Virus record (IMG/VR): IMGVR_UViG_2667527431_000001
DNA: 64,000 nt
From: an uncultured virus (IMG/VR IMGVR_UViG_2667527431_000001)
Taxonomy: Duplodnaviria; Heunggongvirae; Uroviricota; Caudoviricetes
Strand: one strand, 5' to 3'
The notes beneath the pieces were generated by a model. That model did not search any database and was not told the DNA's origin. It saw only the letters and a list, made by a program, of their open reading frames with translations. Within the stretch, counting starts at the first letter, position 1; every line of letters starts with the position of its first letter. This document shows, one piece after another, positions 58,548 through 64,000 of this stretch. The position numbers were made by a program, and so were the translations under genes.

Positions 58548-59015
58548 TTAGATGGCGTCCAGCTCGGCAATCACCAATTCGCCGGCAGCGACCACCGCCT
58601 CGACAGTGGCCTGCCCAGCGAGCGAAGCCTTGCCACCGATGCGAGCCGCCTCGATGCGGGCCGCCACCGATAACCAGGAGTCACGGGCGGCAATCACCCG
58701 CGCCGCCTGTTCTTGAGGTGTGAGCTGCAAAGCCTCGGCCTCGGCCTTAAGCAACACAAAGTCGCTGGCATCCATCGGCGACCCAGCCGCGATGTAACGC
58801 TCAGCTTCGTTCGCCTTGAGCAAATACATCGAGTCCTGACCATCGATCCGCGTGGCATTGCGTGCGCGGGCACGCGCCACAGCAGCATCGATCCCTTGCT
58901 GGAAGTGCTCAGCAGCAGCCCCCGCCAGTACCAGTACTGGAACCTCGGCCGCTAGCGCATCTTCCAAGGAGAATGACGAATAGAACTGCCCATCATATGT
59001 AAAGTTAAGCCGCAT
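58548..59015 (-). CDS. Putative tail fibre assembly chaperone
   Basis: Helical; YLLKANEA...IEAARIGGK; position after fibre genes. Confidence 0.6.
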   Translation of the reverse strand: MRLNFTYDGQFYSSFSLEDALAAEVPVLVLAGAAAEHFQQGIDAAVARARARNATRIDGQDSMYLLKANEAERYIAAGSPMDASDFVLLKAEAEALQLTPQEQAARVIAARDSWLSVAARIEAARIGGKASLAGQATVEAVVAAGELVIAELDAI

Positions 59016-59029
59016 TTTTGACCGCCTAA

Positions 59030-59842
59030 TTAAGCAAGAATAAGGTTGCTAATGACACTTCGAATTGCGCCGTTCGAGTCTTGAATAACGCCAGTCAAAT
59101 AATCACCTAGCCATTTACCACCAGCGGGCAAAGTATTGCCATTAGCGGCAAAAATCATTGGGGTTCCCGCAAACTCGACTAACGGAGTATTAAGAACTAC
59201 AGGGCCGACTCGGCTGATCTTGTTCAAGTAAAAAGAGGAAACACCGATTTGGCTGTTAATGGTGTGGCGTGCAAGCGGTGTATCGCCCAGCTCAATCTCG
59301 CAATTGGTCAGGTGATACATACCCATAGGGCGATCATTGCGACGAAAAAGGCCTACGTACACGTTGTTCACAGTTGCGCCAGGAACAACGTAATCAGCCG
59401 TGCGAACGCGAAGGCCTGCTAGAACAATGGTGGCGCTATCCATCAGAAAGCCGGTGGTGCTGTTGTCCATAGCCCCATTCGTTCCGACAAGACAATAATT
59501 GCGCAAGGTCGGCTTAACAGTCTCTCCTGGAGCCACTCCAATCGTAATGTTTTTAAATGAAACATTGATGCTACCGATCAGATGCTCATGGCCAAACAAT
59601 CGAATGTAGCCACCACCGCCATAAGGGATAACAAGAATAGCCTTGGCAATTGTTTTAAACGGCTTCGAAAATGAACCTGTACCAGTGACATCATCGCCGC
59701 TGATAGCGTTCACATAAAGGTCTTTACTCATCGCAGGCACTGCAGCTATTGCAGCAGCTACGGACGCGTTAATACCCTTCTCTTTATCCTGAAACATTGT
59801 TAGAAGGCGAGTAGTCTCAGCCAGCAGTGCCGACATGCCCAT
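59030..59842 (-). CDS. Secondary tail fibre/spike-like protein
   Basis: Coiled-coil N-terminus, YVNAISGDD...PFKTIAKAI beta-helix cap motif. Confidence 0.6.
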   Translation of the reverse strand: MGMSALLAETTRLLTMFQDKEKGINASVAAAIAAVPAMSKDLYVNAISGDDVTGTGSFSKPFKTIAKAILVIPYGGGGYIRLFGHEHLIGSINVSFKNITIGVAPGETVKPTLRNYCLVGTNGAMDNSTTGFLMDSATIVLAGLRVRTADYVVPGATVNNVYVGLFRRNDRPMGMYHLTNCEIELGDTPLARHTINSQIGVSSFYLNKISRVGPVVLNTPLVEFAGTPMIFAANGNTLPAGGKWLGDYLTGVIQDSNGAIRSVISNLILA

Positions 59843-59857
59843 AATAATTCCCCTGAT

Positions 59858-62065
59858 TTATTTGCGCTTAAGCTGCGTAATTTCGTTCTTAAGAATCTCG
59901 ATTGACTTACTCATTTCAGTCATCGAGTCTTTTTGCGTCAGGTGGCCGCGCATTAACCCGGCCATGCTGGTCGCACAGTCACCCGCCAAGGCATCGACCG
60001 CTGCCGCCGCCCAACCCCCTTCATGGAACATCGGATAGACCGGGTAGCGCAGAACCAAACCGCCCGCGTCCTCGATCTTGGGCAGAACTGCGTAAATGCC
60101 CGAGGCCCGGACCAACTGCGGCTTACCCGCGCTATCCAGCATCCAACGCGGGCTAGCCCCTGTATCCGCTGGGTCGGGGTCTTTTACCGTGTCAGAGAAC
60201 ATCTCGGCCGGCGTAATGTAGTGGCGAGCACTGTCATTGCGGCCGGCCCAAGCGGTTTGTGCTGTAGCACCGTCGCCTGTCGTGGTGGCCACAGTCGCAA
60301 TGCCATAGGGGTTCCAGCCCTCCAGCGGCGTGCGCAAAATCAACTCCAACGGAATCGCATAGCTGTTGCGATAGGTTTGGCCATCCGCCACAAACGACGC
60401 CACCTCAGGGCGGGTATTGGACGCGACAAACAGCGTCGGGTCGTTGTAACTACGCAAGCCCTTGGTGCGGCCGCTGGCATTGCGCTCATGCCCATAGCGG
60501 CGGTTGTAGTAGGCCGCGTTCAGCAGCTCGGTACTGCCCCATTTGGTCAGTTTGGTCACTAAGCCGCTGTCGGTGTATTGCTCGACCAAGTTGGCCCCGG
60601 TGCCGTTCAGCCCAGGCACCTTGGCCATCAACTCATCCAGTAGGTCGATGGTCGGGGCTTCGTTATACGCGCCCCAAGTCGGATCGGCCGACAGCTCACG
60701 ATTGATACGCCAGCGCTGCCGGCGAGTGTTAGCAATCTGCGGCCCCGTCAGGTTCGCATTCCAACGCTGCAACGGCAGGTCGAGCGGTGTAATGAGTTTA
60801 TCCACGGGGTAATCCCCCACGCTCCCCACGTCCGCGACCGAGATACGATAACGCCAGGCCACGTACTGCGGCCGCCCGTTCTTGGAAACTTGCTGCAACG
60901 AGCTTGGGATAAACGACCCGTTTTCATTGCGACCGCTGTAGCCGGTGGCGCCAACTAACTGGGTACGCAACAACAGGTCGCGATAGCCGTTAATTTCCTC
61001 CAGATGGCGGAAGCTTTCAAAGGTGTCGTTAACATCATCGGTCAACAGCTCCGGCCAAATCTCCAGAACCGACAGGTTCCAACGAAAATGCGGCTGATAA
61101 TCGCGAATGCTGGTATCGCGAACCGCAAAGGCGCGAAAGTACTCTTTCATTTCGGCGACCTTCGCCGGAATGCCAACCGCCGCATTCACCGACGCCGGGG
61201 CTTCGGGCGGCGCAATATCGCTCATTGCCAAGTACTTACCCGGCGCGGCGCTGCGCAAGCGATAGTCGTTGTGGCGGGTCCTGACCATACGGCCGTTGAT
61301 CATGGCCGCGATTTCACCCAGCCCTGAAGTCGCCAGCAGGTTCGGGTGGTTATGCAGGTTGATGGCCGCATATGCACCGTCGAACGTGCGGTTAAATGAC
61401 TCAGTACCGGCAGCGCCGTATTGACGACTACCCAACACCCCCGACTGACCAAAGCTCCGAAGAATTTCAGCCATGTATTCCGACTGACTCGACTCCGACA
61501 CCCAGTCGGTTTCGATGAAATTGGACAGCGGGTACTTGTGGGTTTTGCCTGCCTCATGCTCGGCCGACAAGACGCTGGCCAACTCGGTATCGACAAAATC
61601 TTTCACCCAGGCCCGGGTAGCCTGAATGACTGTGCCGTCGAGGAGCAACGTCACATTGTCAGCATTACTGGTGGTGAAAATGGTGCGGATGTTGACTTCG
61701 CGGCCAGCACCGGAGGCAATCAGCGGCTTGAACGATTCAGGGTATTTGCCGATGGCGTACAGCACACCCGTGTCTGTCCAGACAGCAACCTCACGAATCC
61801 AGAATCCCCCCACGCTTTGCGGGATGATCGCTTCGACCACCAGCCAGGCCGTGTTCGTTTTGTCTTGATACAGGTTGCTGAAGTTGCCTTCCCAGACCTT
61901 TCGCTTCAAGGCAACTTGCGTATCGACTGGGTTGTAGGTGGCTCCATTGCCGTCACCCACGCTCATTTTTACCAGTTTGATCGGCTTGCCTGAGGCCTTG
62001 CAGGCGGCTTCATATTGCATGCCGGCCTTGGTCAAAATCGTATAGAACTCTTGCGCTGCCATCAC
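59858..62065 (-). CDS. Tail fibre: gpH-like N-terminus plus a large unusual C-terminal domain
   Basis: GDGNG, GGFWIRE, YPESFKP motifs, then the RTRHNDY domain. Confidence 0.85.
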   Translation of the reverse strand: MMAAQEFYTILTKAGMQYEAACKASGKPIKLVKMSVGDGNGATYNPVDTQVALKRKVWEGNFSNLYQDKTNTAWLVVEAIIPQSVGGFWIREVAVWTDTGVLYAIGKYPESFKPLIASGAGREVNIRTIFTTSNADNVTLLLDGTVIQATRAWVKDFVDTELASVLSAEHEAGKTHKYPLSNFIETDWVSESSQSEYMAEILRSFGQSGVLGSRQYGAAGTESFNRTFDGAYAAINLHNHPNLLATSGLGEIAAMINGRMVRTRHNDYRLRSAAPGKYLAMSDIAPPEAPASVNAAVGIPAKVAEMKEYFRAFAVRDTSIRDYQPHFRWNLSVLEIWPELLTDDVNDTFESFRHLEEINGYRDLLLRTQLVGATGYSGRNENGSFIPSSLQQVSKNGRPQYVAWRYRISVADVGSVGDYPVDKLITPLDLPLQRWNANLTGPQIANTRRQRWRINRELSADPTWGAYNEAPTIDLLDELMAKVPGLNGTGANLVEQYTDSGLVTKLTKWGSTELLNAAYYNRRYGHERNASGRTKGLRSYNDPTLFVASNTRPEVASFVADGQTYRNSYAIPLELILRTPLEGWNPYGIATVATTTGDGATAQTAWAGRNDSARHYITPAEMFSDTVKDPDPADTGASPRWMLDSAGKPQLVRASGIYAVLPKIEDAGGLVLRYPVYPMFHEGGWAAAAVDALAGDCATSMAGLMRGHLTQKDSMTEMSKSIEILKNEITQLKRK

Positions 62066-62865
62066 GCCTCCAACGGGTAAATAGTGGTTAACTCCCCCGC
62101 GTCTACGGTGATGGACTGACAGGCCGGTTCGGCCTGTTGCTCCAGCTCAGTGACCTGCAAGGGGTGGATTGTTGTTTGCTCGCTGTAAGCACTGCCAGCC
62201 GCCTCTTTGGCGGGGTAGGCGTGTTGTTCCAGCAATGTGGGTTGAAGCGGGTAAAGCGTGGTGTCTTCGGCGGTCATGGCAATGTTCGCCGCCTCTCGAA
62301 CTGCACAGGTGAGGTCCATCAACGTGACTTGTAACGGGTAAATCGTGGTGACTTCACCCTCTACAACACAGGCACCGAACCGCAGGGTGCTGGTTGTTTC
62401 CAGGCTGATACGCAGGAGATTCATGTGCCGACTGACCGGCTTAGTGTCCTCAATAAGCCGGATCAGCTCCTGGCACACTTTCTCGGTGAAGCCGCCATCC
62501 CGAACCTCGACCTTCAGCGCATAGGTGCCCGGCTCGCGTTCAGGTAGGGTCTGCCACCACTCTTCCACGTCAATGACGTAGCCCAGGGACTCGGCCACCC
62601 GTTTCAACGCGCCCACGGTGCCCTTACGCTTGTGGATCTCGAAAGAGTCTTTAATCACCTTGCGCTTGATCGCTTCCGTCCAGTCAGGGTCCCAGCGATC
62701 GACACTGCGCTGAATGGCCAGCCAAGGCAGCAACTCAACCGGACAGGTGTCCGGTGAGTTCATGCGGCGAAGGACGTTTGGCAGATCAGGGTTTTCCATC
62801 GACACTAGGGCCAGCGCCTGCTCCAGCGTCGTGCGATTCGACGGCAACAGGCTGGCATCACTCAT
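62062..62865 (-). CDS. gpI-like baseplate protein with repeated C-terminus
   Basis: LLPSN, HKRKGT, KPVSRH, four TTxxPL repeats. Confidence 0.9.
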   Translation of the reverse strand: MSDASLLPSNRTTLEQALALVSMENPDLPNVLRRMNSPDTCPVELLPWLAIQRSVDRWDPDWTEAIKRKVIKDSFEIHKRKGTVGALKRVAESLGYVIDVEEWWQTLPEREPGTYALKVEVRDGGFTEKVCQELIRLIEDTKPVSRHMNLLRISLETTSTLRFGACVVEGEVTTIYPLQVTLMDLTCAVREAANIAMTAEDTTLYPLQPTLLEQHAYPAKEAAGSAYSEQTTIHPLQVTELEQQAEPACQSITVDAGELTTIYPLEA

Positions 62866-63748
62866 CGGTGCCACCGAACACCACGCTAAAGCCCGTGCAA
62901 TTGGCGGCCTGATGGTCCAGCACCACCACATCCTCAACCGGGTGGACCAGCTCCACGCGCTGCACCAGCGAAACATGCAAGGCGGCATGGATAGCTGATC
63001 GACGGATATCCCGCCCCAAGCGGCGCTGGGTGTTGATATAGCGATCCAGGGACGACCGGGCTTCAGCCAGGATCAGCTCAATCTCCGGGCCCGGGTAGAG
63101 GTACAAAACAGCCTCAATCCGGTAGTCGATCAGACCGGCGGACTGGACGATCACGCGGTCGCCTAACGGCCGCACATCCTCATCACTGAGGGCCACCCGA
63201 ACCACCTCAAGCAAATCCTCAGAAGCCACGCCATCGCCAACCCGGCTAAGAATACTGACCTCAACCATGGCGGGGCTTGGACTGACGACCCGGGCATCCG
63301 CCACCCGACCATCGGCCGACATGGCGTGAAATACGTAAGCATCCCGAGGGCCAGCAATCGACAGGCCCTCAAATGCAAACAGCGTGCGCTCCACCAGGGA
63401 GTCGTCCGACTCGTATTGCGCCTCGATCGGCGGTACTGCACCAGGATCAGCGGCGACCACGGTCAGACGTTTTACGTTGTAGTTGGCCGCTAGGTGATCC
63501 ACATCGCTGCCCCGGGCAAAGGCCAACAGCAGCGCCTTGGCCGCATCGTTGATCCGCGCCCGGCTCATCATCTTGTCGTAAGCGGCCTTTTCCAGCAGCT
63601 TGACCACCGGGTCGGACTCCAGCGCTGCCGACCAGTTGTCCCCCATCAAGCCGCGAAAGTCGGTCAGCGCCTCTTGGTACAACGACTCAAAATCCAGCGG
63701 CTCCAGCACAAGCGGGGCCGGTAAACGGGACAGGTCAAGGGTGCTCAT
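62858..63748 (-). CDS. Baseplate J-like protein
   Basis: Paralogue of 16526-17416. Confidence 0.93.
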   Translation of the reverse strand: MSTLDLSRLPAPLVLEPLDFESLYQEALTDFRGLMGDNWSAALESDPVVKLLEKAAYDKMMSRARINDAAKALLLAFARGSDVDHLAANYNVKRLTVVAADPGAVPPIEAQYESDDSLVERTLFAFEGLSIAGPRDAYVFHAMSADGRVADARVVSPSPAMVEVSILSRVGDGVASEDLLEVVRVALSDEDVRPLGDRVIVQSAGLIDYRIEAVLYLYPGPEIELILAEARSSLDRYINTQRRLGRDIRRSAIHAALHVSLVQRVELVHPVEDVVVLDHQAANCTGFSVVFGGTDE

Positions 63749-64000
63749 ACGTTCACTTCCAATAGCTGACTGTCGCCCTTGTAGATACCCGACAGGCGAA
63801 AAGTGATACGCCCATCAAGAACGGACAGGACTTGAACCTGCGTCAGTTCCAGACGCGGCTCCCAGCGTTTCAGGGCGCGGGCCGCCTCAGCCTGCACAGC
63901 GCTTTTCCAGCCCTCACTGACGGGCAGATCGACAAAGCGCCGGATGGTGCTGCCGTATTCCGGGCGCATTAGCCGGGACCCCAGCGGCGTGGTCAAAATG
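63745..64000 (-). CDS. gpW/gp25-like protein (5' end outside window)
   Basis: TTPLGSRLMRPEYGS motif. Confidence 0.9.
   Translation of the reverse strand, partial: ILTTPLGSRLMRPEYGSTIRRFVDLPVSEGWKSAVQAEAARALKRWEPRLELTQVQVLSVLDGRITFRLSGIYKGDSQLLEVNV

Larger units (their letters stand above)
41294..64000. mobile_element. Prophage 2 (partial): cargo, lysis and tail modules
   Basis: Gene-for-gene paralogue of the prophage 1 tail, bounded by the att fragment. Confidence 0.85.

Noticed and set aside
50450..64000. R-type tailocin instead of a second prophage
   Set aside because: It is bounded by a tRNA att core and mirrors prophage 1. Head genes lie outside the window, so a tailocin is not fully excluded

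Overview
The window is Pseudomonas-like DNA holding two related temperate prophages in tandem, both with late genes on the minus strand. Prophage 1 (<1-41339) is nearly complete: lambda-like terminase/portal/ClpP-capsid head, P2-like contractile tail, GH19 endolysin with Rz/Rz1, Q, O/P replication, cI/cro and integrase. Its holin carries an in-frame amber stop. It ends at a 46-bp 3' fragment of tRNA-Pro(GGG) (41294-41339), read here as the att core. Prophage 2 starts there: about 9 kb of AT-rich cargo (TPR-like + HEPN pair, IS66 remnant, Gabija, a membrane protein, an uncharacterised three-gene operon), then a second lysis/tail module that runs off the window end. The two tails are close paralogues except for fully swapped receptor-binding modules: a GH8-like enzyme in prophage 1 versus a fibre domain resembling a marine-invertebrate protein family in prophage 2. 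The best candidates for undescribed systems are the three-gene operon at 48634-50253, the TPR+HEPN pair, the 973-aa helicase-nuclease, and the two unusual tail modules. All family calls come from motif recognition by eye; no searches were run.
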